A stretch of 64,000 bases of DNA from Botryllus schlosseri. Taxonomy: Eukaryota. This document shows positions 46,690 to 57,690 of the stretch, piece by piece. The position numbers and the translations under genes were made by a program. The stretch lies in assembly GCA_051294905.1 (NCBI GenBank), contig CM119377.1, positions 29,016,001 to 29,080,000 of the forward strand, in the 5' to 3' direction. Positions within the stretch are counted from its first letter, which is position 1, and every line of letters starts with the position of its first letter. The notes below the pieces were generated by a model. The model was not told the DNA's origin and ran no database searches. It was given only the letters and a program-made list of their open reading frames with translations.

Positions 46690-48190
46690 TCGCCTTCGAT
46701 CACTTGCCACATCAGCGTAAGTTAGACTCGCAGCAGAAAGAAGAGAAGAACTGCTGAGGCTGAAGGCAAATAAAAAGCTGCTACAGAATCATTTGCAGAA
46801 TTCGTTGGGTCGGGTCGTGCTTCTAAAAGACCTGCACAACATCGCGACTGCTAGAAGTATCAATGAATTGTCAGAACTAGAGGCGACAGTAAAGGAGCTG
46901 AAGAAAATGTCTTGAATGGTATTTTTTTCAACACAAGGGAATGGTATTTTTTTTCAACACAAGGAAATGCGACTGACATATCAGCAATATCCTGAAATAT
47001 TGTTCATTGATGCAACATACAAGTTAAACGACTTGAGAATGCCACTTTATCTGTTGATTGTCGAAGATTGTTTGTGTTGGCGTCGGAAGATGCAACATCC
47101 GTAGCCCAGATGGCAAAAATCTTCCAAAACAAATCATAGTAGATGGAGTGAAACGGTCACAATCATGGCAGACAAAGATTTTACCGAGCGCCAGCCAAGT
47201 CTTCAAGGCAGAATTCCCAGATGCAAAAATTCTGATATGCCTATTTCATGTCTTGAGGACATTCCGCAGAGAATTGACATGTGACAAGATGGGAGTAACT
47301 GCATCACAGCGGCTTGACATTCTGAGTATTGTTGAAGGAATGGCTTACGCAAGGTCTCACCAACGTTACGGGGAATTGTACGCAAAACTGATTGAAAATG
47401 GACCAGAAAATGTTGTGACATACTTCAACAAAAACTGGCATAACATCAAAGAGGAGTGGGTATATGCCTACAAAAATTGTGGTGTGCCTTTTCAAAATCA
47501 ACCATTTGAGTACATCAACCACAAATTGAAGGACGTCATTGCAAAGTACTCAAATCTGCAGCTATTTTTTCGAAATTTAATGCTTGTCCTGGAGTCTCTA
47601 CGCACAGAACAATCCCATCGAGCTATTTCGATTCTGCAACAAGTGCTTGCGATGCCATTTGAGGTGGGTAGTGTGGAGCACCAGTACGGTCAGATCCTCA
47701 CACCGCATGCTCTTGAGAAGGTTATTCATGAGCTCAACATCGGTGCAAAAGAAAATCAATCGCAGATAAATCAAGACCTTCAAGTTTCTGCGAATGATTG
47801 CAATTGCAATTTTCGCAGGTCGATGAAATTACCTTGCCATCACATTTTCTGCTTTCGTCGACAATATTTTCGAAGCTTATTCTGTCCAGATTAATGTGCA
47901 GTGCGGTGAACACTCGAATACTACAGGATAAACAATAACGTTTTCTCAGATCATGAAATTGAATTTCATGCTGGGGCCTTTGGGATTAATGTCACAAAGC
48001 CGAAGCCAATCACGTCACAGTTTCAAAAGTTCAAAAGAGCAAATTTGATTGCCCAAAAATTAGCTTCGATCGTATCCGAGTCATCCATGTCTGAATTCAA
48101 CAGAAAAATCGAAGTGTTGGAACTACTGGTGCAGGAATGGGGCAGTGGACGTGCAGTAGAATCGGATACCAGCAACCCAGCTGAAACACA
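46690..48190 (+). pseudogene. Mutator-like (MULE/SWIM, ZSWIM3-like) transposase fragment
   Basis: LKANKKLLQNHL...LLKDLHNI; YPEILFIDATYKLNDLRMPLY; MADKDFTER; LICLFHVLRTF; CNCNFRRSMKLPCHHIF. Confidence 0.88.
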
Positions 48191-48543
48191 AGGTTAATAG
48201 ATAATTTAGAAAAAATGATAATTCATAACACCGACTTTTATAACAGAAACTGAATCAATAAACCTTCAACGAAAGTCTGTACCTGGGACCAATAACACTA
48301 CAGCAGGTACGCCTATTGTGCACTCATTAACACTTGATATTTATTGCTGTATCCTCTCCGTTTCTGGTAGGTTATGTTGATTCTAACAAAGATGGATCTC
48401 ATGCCTCTGCGAAGGAAAAGACGGTGGTGATTGCTGAGACGTCATGTTAGTTACCATATTACTTAAAATGTTATTCTAGTCAATTAGTTGCAGACAACAC
48501 TACATCACCAAGAAATGTAGGCCTATCATGTTAGGCCTATATG

Positions 48544-50330
48544 CAGGGTTGCCATCGACATGAACCCAAAAATAAGGACGGTCGGAAAATTAGATTTGCA
48601 TTTAAAAGGCGGTTTTGTACATACTTTGTATTTATACGTGTCGTGGCATATCACATCCCATACTTCTTGCCAGAAACAATCTGGTCCAGCAACTCCTTGT
48701 TATTAGAAAGCGCTTCATGGATCTCACGACAGCTCAGGTCTAGGTTTACTTTTACTTGTAGTTGGGATTTGACTGTAATCTCACTAAGTATGTTCCTTTC
48801 CTTGGTCCACTGCGCCGAAACAAGAGAGGACACTCTTTCGACACACGCATTGCTGACCGGGAGGGAGAAAATGATGCGAACTAGCTTGTGGAGCAGCGGA
48901 AAAGAGTCGTTTTCAGTAAAGATCTTCATCCACTTGGTCTACGACTCATCCTTGCGGAACACATCATTAGGAATCTTCTTAAGCAGAGCGTTAACAGCAG
49001 ATACCTCATCAAACAGTTCATCTTTCATTGCCATTGGAGAATCAATTTGCTTTGCCAACCCCTTCACTTCCTCGTACTAGATTGCTTGTTCTTTCAGCAG
49101 GGTCCAGTTGATGTGCGTTGGATGCTTCTCAAATCGATACCACTTGTTGATGTATTCCAAGGTAATGGTGTAGAACTCCTGGAAGCTCGATTTGAGAACC
49201 TTACCTTGCTCTTCATCGACTGTTTTTAGGCTCTTCATCGACTGTTTTTAGAAGTTCGTCTGTTGTTGCCCCAAAAAAACCTGAACACTGGCGTTGCAAT
49301 ATTTTGACCATTGCCAGTTCTGGAAATAATGCATTTGACTTTTGCAGTAATAACAGTGGTTTATTAAAGAGCAAGAGAGCGCTGTGGAGGAATGATACGA
49401 TGTTCAGTGACTCTTCTTTTTTAAAGAAATCCTCCAATATTATTGGTGGATGTTTCAGCGAAAGTGCGCTTTGAGTGGTTCCCAGAGAGCAATCATCCGC
49501 TCGAGTACAGCATCAAGTGTGGTCCATCGAGTCGGCGTGTGAGTTGGTAGAGTCGAATATTTGCTATCAAGTTCCTCACAGAAATGCCCGAGCCTACCAG
49601 TTTGGCTTTTAAAGTGGCTTCCAATCTTTAATACGATTGTTTCTATGTCAATTGTTAGGCGTTCTGATCCCCTTTCCGCTGCGTTATGCAAAATATGAGC
49701 AGGACAGCGGACTAGGATCAGATGCGATGTTTGCTCTTTGAGGCGAGAGAAGACGTTGCTTTTTCCACTATGCTGTGATCCTCCAAAATTCACTGGTGCA
49801 TTATCGGCAGAAAACGATGACAGCTGCTTCATGTCTAGGCCATTCTCTTGAATAGGAGAGAATAAAGTTTGTGATCTGTTCCGAGGTCTCGCCTGGCATC
49901 GATCGCAGGTCAAGAAGACGCACTAAGACCCCAACTTTAGCGTTGAAGAATCTGATGACTAGAAGAAAAAGCTTCGCGTCAACCGAGATGGAAAAAGGCT
50001 TTTCGCCAAGTTCAGACAAAATCATTTTTTGAGCGTATATGGGGCAAGAACTCCCGTAACAATGCTTGTAGTCTTGGTCCTGGCCGAAGCAAACTTCTTT
50101 GCGATGTTGGAATCGGGGAATATTGCTTTGAACAATTGCGATGTGCAATCGTTGGTGAGGAATGATTGCTGGTGTTTGACAGTATGGAACGCCCAGGTAC
50201 CCTCAGCAGCAGCTGCCTTGTAGTCTGTGGTCGTTGGTGTTGATCGACTTGTGAAAAAGTTATTCATTGACTGGCTCGAATTAATCAAGCATAACCGGCC
50301 GATTCAGTCGATCCCTAGAACCTTCAATAC
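48544..50330 (-). pseudogene. hAT transposase, probably Blackjack-like, decayed; terminus CAGGGTTGCCA at 48544
   Basis: PFSISVDA; FSADNAPVNFG; CPAHILHN; PTRW; LPVSNACVERV dimerisation motif. A candidate far end (GGACAACCCTG, 50961) has no TSD. Confidence 0.8.
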
Positions 50331-50989
50331 TTCACTATATACTACAACTTGGATCTAATAACATCACACAAAGTATAGTTTCATTGTTAAGCTTTATATA
50401 TTTGTATTCGCTGATGGTGGATACGTACTGAAACGGTGAATTCACTCAGCACTTGCATAAGCGCCTTTGCTTTCGCCTTTGCTTTCTTTCGATCAAAACA
50501 CTACATGTAGGCTTCAGCCGTTTCCTTCACAATGAAGCAGTCATGCTGTAAAAGCTTCTGTGAAGCAGGTGTTGTTTGTTCATCATGTATTTCGTACCTC
50601 AACATGTCCTGAATTAATCTTAAATCGCCACCTGCCAAACTACTAACAATGCGCACTCAGAATCCCCGCCGATAGCAGACTTCTTGACCACCTGATCAGC
50701 AAGCTGCTGCTGCCGTGGTCATTGAAGCACAGCCGATTAGCCAATCAAGAGCCGTGGTTAGTTGATTACTAGTCTTCTCGCCGTTCTATGGTCAGTGGCA
50801 CGCTCATTCTTGAGCAGCTACTTTCAAACTCTTTGACCAAAATCTTAACGGCTTTCCTGTAAGCTTCTTTCAGGCTAATTGTTTTTTTTTATCAATAATC
50901 TATACTATAGAATGAGACACACGGAGACTATTTGAGATTTTCCAAATTTTGGACAACCCTGATGGGGCATCAAATCAATTTTGTTGTTC

Positions 50990-51850
50990 AAAATAGTATC
51001 TGAAGTTGCACGGAAGGTGCGAATGCGTTACGCATATTAAACGAGGTATCGAAATTCGTTAGAATCTCGCCAAAACGACTGGACTGGAATGCTTCAAGTC
51101 TTTTCATACCAATGATAGCGATGGAATGAGAGAAGCGTTGCCGCCGCTCCGGCCGCTATGCCCGACTCGCTGGGTGATGCGAAAAGCGTCAATTGACAAT
51201 TTTATTGCCAATTATGAAAAAATGTTGAACTGGTTGGAAGAATGTTGCGATAGTCAACAAGGCACTTTGTCAATCTTACTTGCTGCAATTGGAAAAGTTT
51301 TCTACCTACTTTCATCTGCGGTTACTTCAACGGCTGGTAAACACTTTCCACTCTGTTCACAAAGCAATACAAAGTCCCACGATTTCACTATTTTCGGCCA
51401 GGCAATTGATTTCTAATCTGTCTCGCGTCCTCATTGGTGACGGGGCATCAACGGAGAATGTCAGTGCATTTTTACAAGGTGATATTTGGCTGAAAGATTT
51501 GGAACGGGAACTTGATCAGTTCATTGTCACTCATGTGTACGCAAAGTGTCCAGTGGATTGCTTTGAAGTATTTGCGAACAATCGTACACTGGTTCATGAA
51601 TTCCCGAATCTAGCGACGCTTGCGCGCATTCATTTGTCACTTCCCTGTACGACGTGTGAAGCTGAGCGTACATTTAGTGCATTGCGTCGATTGAACACGT
51701 ACCTGCGATCGACAATGTCACAGCGCCGTCTTAACTCATGCTCAATCTTGAATGTCCATTCTGAGATGGTAGACAAGATTAATATATAAACCATGATCGC
51801 CGAATGGATTGGCAGAAACACAGAGCGCATCAATGCTTTTAGATATTAGG
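50990..51850 (+). pseudogene. ZMYM1/Tip100-like hAT transposase C-terminal fragment
   Basis: VRISPKRL; LRPLCPTRW; FPNLATLARIHLSLPCTTCEAERTFSALRRLNTYLRSTMSQRRLN. Confidence 0.88.
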
Positions 51851-52059
51851 CACTCGTTATGCTATTTCCTGTCCGTATTCTTATGTTTAGTCACGTCACT
51901 ATTCCTTTCCGGTAACAAATACAATTTCATTTCGAGAGCGTGTATTTGTTCGTCAAACCGAGTGACACGATAGTGCTACAGCGCTTGTAGAAACCGACGT
52001 CTTCACTATAGAATCGCGTACGTATCATTCTGCGTCGCTCACATTAGCGGCAGCACGTA

Positions 52060-52830
52060 ATGTCGTAAACGGAAATGAAGAAAAAAGGAGCTTGGACATT
52101 GACAACACACAACTGAAACAAGAGAACAGGTGGAAGGAGAGTACGTTAAAAAAATTTTGACAAAACATACAGAAGATTGGAAAATATATACCAGAACACA
52201 GAAGATTGGAAAATATATACCAGAACCCAACGTATGAAAAGACAAACAGGAAATGGAAAGAAAAAAATTAATAGTTAATGGAAGAGAAAGAAAAATAATA
52301 ACAACAATACTCACCTTCCGTACTTACCTCCCAAAGACACCTTCCGTACTTACCTCCCAAAGACACTGACGAGTGATCGATCACCTGGGACCGGTCGATG
52401 GAAGTTAAAGTTGAAAACGGATAACGTATGTTCCACGTAATAAGAGACCGAAACGGCCGAACCGGTCACCGATGAAAGAAAAGACGGAACGAACCCGTGC
52501 CAGGAACCTGACGAAGATGCCGGAACATAAGCGGCATAACGAGCCCGAGCTCGCAACAAACGATCCTGACAGCGACAAAGGAAGGCGAAACCGAGCCCGG
52601 GCCCTGAACACAAGATCCTATGAACAATGAGACGATCGGAGATGACGACCTATGGCGATGTTGATGAACGGATGGAATCGGAATGACGAAAAAGAATTTG
52701 AAACTTTGCAATTGGCGGAAGGACGTAAAAGAAAAAAATAACAGTAGTGGGGCAGAGGTACGTTGAAGAACGACCCAGCCATGTACGAAGACGAAATAGT
52801 TGCAGACCACTTCAAGGAAGTGTATAACTT
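52060..52830 (+). repeat. Probable LINE ORF2 3' end followed by an A- and CpG-rich UTR-like segment (LINE J)
   Basis: Compositional match to LINE plus strands and an ORF2-tail-like translation; no diagnostic motif, so inferred. Confidence 0.4.
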
Positions 52831-54806
52831 CTATTTAGAGCAAAAGAAAAATATCTCAAACAACAACTTCGTGGATCCAAATTAGGCTAGGAACGAAAGA
52901 GCTACTGTTGGATAGAGAAGCTGAGTTTAAAACAAACAAGATTAAAGTATCGATAGAGCTCGAGACAAGCAAGATTAAAGTATCGATAGAGCTCGAGAAT
53001 AAACTAGCAGATAGAAACTTCGGACTAGAAGAAAACAAGAGAAGACCAGAGAGCAATGTAGACGATATAAAATGAAAGAATTCGAAGAGAACGAACGACC
53101 ATCAAGATATTTCTATGACAAACTCAAGGCCAATAGGACCAAAAGCCAAATAGAGATTCTTGTAAACGAGGAAAAAAACTGAAATATATCAAGCGAGACG
53201 AAACGATTCTATGACAAACTCTGGAATAACGTTGAAACAGTAGATGAGAATAAACAAGACGCTTTTATCAAATGATTGGAGAATATAAATATTACAGATA
53301 GCGAAAGAGACTTACTCAATAAACAAATTAGCGAGCGAAAGAGGCTTACTCAATAAACAAATTAGCGAAGAAGAAGTAATCAAAAACCTGAAAAACAACA
53401 AATCGCCGGGAGCAGACGGGCTCTCAGCCGAATTTAAAAAAAAAGTTCAGGCACACATAATTAAGGAGGAGCTATTGGAAACACTCAATAACGCATTCCT
53501 CTTTAAGAACCAGTGCCAGTCATGGAGACTAGGCATATTCAGAGTAATCTACAAGTAGGGAGATCCAAACCTGAAAAACTGTAGGCCTATTACTTTACTC
53601 AACCAGGATTATAAAATCCTGGCAAAAGTACTAGCAAGTAGGCTGAATGAATACCTACCCAACATTGTGATGAAACTACAAAAATGCTGCGTAAAAGGCA
53701 GATCAATCTGTGACGCAGCAGAAAACATGGAAGCTGCTGTCAAATACTCTAAAGACAAAAACATACCTCTTGATCAGGAGAAGGCGTTTGATAATGTCAA
53801 CCATACCTTCCCGAAAAAAATCCTAGGGAAACTAAACATGGGAGACAACTTTACAAACTACATTGAAACAACGTACAGAGAAGCATTGAGGAAAATATAA
53901 TTAAACGGGAGGCTTACAGAAGAAATCGACATTAACAACAGGATAAGACAGGGATGCCCGCTGAGCATGCCTTTGTATGCGGATCCGCTAGTAAAAATCG
54001 AGAACAGCAAAGATGTAAAAGGTCTAAAACTAGGGATAGTAGAACTAAAGACCCAAATGTATGCAGACGACCTCACAGTCTTTGCAACAGACGAGAAATC
54101 CCTGGTGCCGACCCTCGAGATATTAAAGCAATTTGCACTAGCGACGGGCCAGAAAATTACCAAAAAGAAAACAGAAATACTAAGTACCAACCACAAATCC
54201 TAACTAGAACTATTAGGAACAGAATACGAATGCTGGAATAAGGAACAAGTCGAAATACTAGGAGATAGATTTGGTAGAAATGACATATTAGACAGCTGGA
54301 GAGAAAAAATTGGCAAGATAAAGAAAATACTAAACAACTACAGGGAAAGTCACTTCTCCTGGATGGGGAAGACAACTGTCTTAAAAAGTCTAGCGTGTAC
54401 CCAAATAATGTACACAGCAAGTATAAAGAAGATTCCCCGAAAAATACAAAAGCAGATTGAAGGCCTGTTCTTCAGATACTTATATCTGCCAGAAAGAATA
54501 GAAACGATCAAAAGAATAACTTTGATCAAAAAGAAGACAGTTCCCCGAAAAATATAAAAGCAGATTGAAGGCCTGTTCTTCAGATACTTATATCTGCCAG
54601 AAAGAATGGAAACGATCAAAAGAATAACTTTGATCAAAAAGAAGACAGTTCCCCGAAAAATATAAAAGCAGATTGAAGGCCTGCTCTTCAGATACTTATA
54701 TCTGCCAGAAAGAATAGAAACGATCAAAAGAACAACTTTGGTCAAAAAGAAGACAGAAGGGGGACTGAAAATACCTTTTGTGACAACTTAATCTGAAGCT
54801 TGCCAG
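52830..54806 (+). pseudogene. LINE F: L1/Tx1 ORF2 linker and RT, truncated at both ends
   Basis: KSPGADGLSAEF, LLNQDYKILAKVLA, DQEKAFD, IRQGCPLSM, MYADDL, GGLKIP. Confidence 0.9.
54433..54756. repeat. 108-bp tandem triplication within LINE F, in frame
   Basis: Unit TTCCCCGAAAAATA...AAGAAGACAG at 54433, 54541, 54649. Confidence 0.95.
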
Positions 54807-54810
54807 ATCA

Positions 54811-57690
54811 TCACGGTTCTATTGGCTTGTCCAGGAGTTGTTCTGTCTGGCATGCCTTGACTCTGCTTTCCACGTCTGGGACGGCTATGCCGCCACTCTC
54901 CTTTCTGGCGATCAATTTCTTCCGGGCTATTGTTTCGATTTTCTCTGGATGCCAGAGGAAGTTGAAGTAGAGTTTTGTTGCCTCATGCTGCGCTTCTTTT
55001 GGCATCGGTATGATTCTCGCATTATAGATGATTTGCGTAGAAGCTAGTGAGTTTAGGATATTTTTTTTCCCGAGCCAAGTGCGGTTCCGGTCTCTGTATC
55101 CGTAAAGAGTTCGTCTTATTTTTGCTAATTTTTCTTCCCATGTTCGCTGAGTTTGGTTTTCACCGTAGTATTGCCCCAGTATTTTAATTTCTGATTGTTT
55201 GAGATTCTCCAGATCGGATTTTTGATATTTGTGTTCTTTTCCTGGGTTAATGTGTAAGATTTCTGTTTTTGCCTCATTCAATTTTTGGCCGGTCGCACGT
55301 TCGTATTTGCTAAACTCTCGCAGTATTCGTTTTACATCCCCCTCACTTTTCACAAGGCACGTCATATCGTCTGCATATTGTTGAAGTTTGATCTCGATTT
55401 TTCCGATATGCTGACCTTTATCGCTTCATCTAGTTGAATTTTCCTCGCGATTGGGTCACAGCTTATGGCGTACAAAATCATACTTAGTGGGCATCCCTGT
55501 CGGATCCCTCTCTCTATTTGAATTTCGTCCGTTAATGCCCCGTTTACTATGATTTTGCTTTTCGCGGTGTTGTATATATTTTGTATTAGGCGGACAAGGT
55601 GTGTTGGGAGTTCATACGTTCTGAGGATCTCGTACAGGAACCTATGATGGATCATGTCGAATGCCTTCTGTTGGTCAAGGTTGACAATATATAGCTCTTT
55701 CTTTTTCTCATTTGCTGAGTCTATTGCAGCTTGGATGCTTCTCAATGCATCTGTTATTTGCCGGCCTTTGACAGCGCACTTCTGCGTTTGCAGTATTAGG
55801 TCCGGAAGTATCGGCCTAATTCTGTTGGCTAGTACACCTGTTAGAATTTTATAGTCGCAGTTGAGCAACGTGATGGGTCGCCAGTTTTTTAGAAGTTCAG
55901 GTCTCCCTTTCTTGTATATTAATGTGGTAGCGCCAGCTTTCCATGTCTCACAGAGTCCGCCGAATAGGTAAGCGTTGTTAAGCAGCGCATGCATATCGCT
56001 CTTAATGGTGTTCCAGAAGGTTAGATAGAATTCTTTCGATTGTCCATCGGGTCCTGGTGTTTTATCGCTATGCATGCCTTTCAGAGTATTTAGTATCTCT
56101 ATTTCCTCTATCTGGCAGTTTAAGTCCTCTTTCTGTTCTTCTGTTATTTTTTGGTCTCGAATAACTCTTTATGTATTCATCCTGTAGCTGTGTGTTTTCG
56201 GTTTTTGATTTCCCCCACAGGCCTTGATAGTAGTCACCAACCTCTCGGAGTATTTCCGGTTCGGTTGTGAGATTTTGTCCTTGATCGTTTTGGACGGCCG
56301 ATATATTTTTGCTCTCTTTCCTTTGTTGTATCTTTTGGAAGAAATATTTTGTCGGCCTTTCATTTTCCTCCATGTCTTGGAGTTTGAAGATTTTGCAGAG
56401 GTGTCTGGTGATGTCGTCCTCTAGGTTTTTTAGATCTTTGATGAGGTGATAGGCTCGCTCATCATTGTTGTCTTTGTTTTGTATGTCTAGTGTTCTTCGT
56501 TGTAGCCTTTTGATATTATTTTCTTCGGCTATTCTTTTTTGGGCTCTGTGTCTGATCAGATGTGCCCTCACTTGGTTTTTAAAGTGGTCCCATCACTGAT
56601 ATATGTCGTCGAATTTCGACTTGTTTTGATCACACTTTTTGTGTATTCGTTTTATCTCTTCTTGGAGCTTGTTGTCCGCGTAGTCCCTGACATCGTTCTT
56701 CCGCTGTCCTTTACCCCATTTAATTTGGCCAGGTTTTCGTAAGTGTATAGTCTGCAGGAATGTGTGATCAGCGATCGTATTCAGTTTGTACACACACTTT
56801 TGGACTCTGGCGAGAAGATCTTCCGATACGTATATACGGTCTAATGGTCTCGATTGCTTTGCCTTGATTGTTGTGTACAGACGTTTATGTTGATTGCGCC
56901 ATCTCCAGACGTCTCGTAGTTTGTATGTCTCGCAATATCGCTTCCAAATTTTCGCGGCTGGCGTCATCTTCAAGTTGGCGTTGTATTTGGCATCAATCAG
57001 GTCTTGGATTATGTTAAAATCCCCGCAAACTACGGTATTACTTGGATTTGTAGATAGCTCTTCTGTTAATTGCCTAAATATATCGGTTTGAACTTTCCCG
57101 ACATCGGGCGGTCCGTATACGTTAAGTACATGGGTACTTTGCCAGGTTTGTTTATCAGTTAGGATTATCGTTTGTATCCTGTGTTCTTTGATAATCCTGC
57201 CTTTTATATCGTGTTGGTTTTCTAGTTTCTTTTTAACGAAGATGCCTGTTCCCTTAAAGTACAATTTTTTCTTTTCTTCCTTATCAATCCAGTTTGCGTC
57301 TATATCGATGTAGTTTGGGTAGTATATCATTTGGTTTTGTTTTGCCCATTTGCTTATTTTGTTTATATATGCTCTGTGCGTTTCTTGCACGCATAAGACG
57401 TCCCAGTTTTTTTCTAGCGTGAGATATCTCTTGAGCTTGCACCAATGGGCATTTAGCCCATTGGCATTCAACGAGATAATATTCAAGGCCATTTTTATGG
57501 GGATAAAAGGAACATCTGTTGCGCTGGTTAGCCTATTTTATTTTTTTGGTTTTTCGGGGTTTGCGGATCTTTTTTTAATCCTATTCCCTGGTTTTGCTTC
57601 TTGTGGGCTACGTTCGTGTAGCTTCCTCTTGATGGGGGAACAGGTAAGGTGGACCAAATCTTGACCGGTCATCACCATGGTTGGCTTCTC
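54811..57690 (-). pseudogene. LINE G: ORF1 tail, intact-looking APE (56593-57492), linker and RT; 3'-truncated
   Basis: MALNIISLNANGL, QETH, NVYGP, CGDFN, LDRIY, ADH, KWGKG; NWRPITLLNCDYKIL, DQQKAFD, RGIRQGCPLS, QYADD. Confidence 0.93.

Noticed and set aside
48541-49080. 179-aa plus-strand ORF (also 34901-35278, 58513-58851 and similar)
   Set aside because: Antisense shadows of transposase, pol or ORF1 coding sequence
50400-50900. Possible coding remnant on the minus strand
   Set aside because: No recognisable motif in any frame; left unassigned
48544-50961. Complete TIR-bounded hAT element
   Set aside because: Ends share only CAGGGTTG and the flanks (CCTATATG vs ATGGGGCA) form no TSD, so the pairing is unproven
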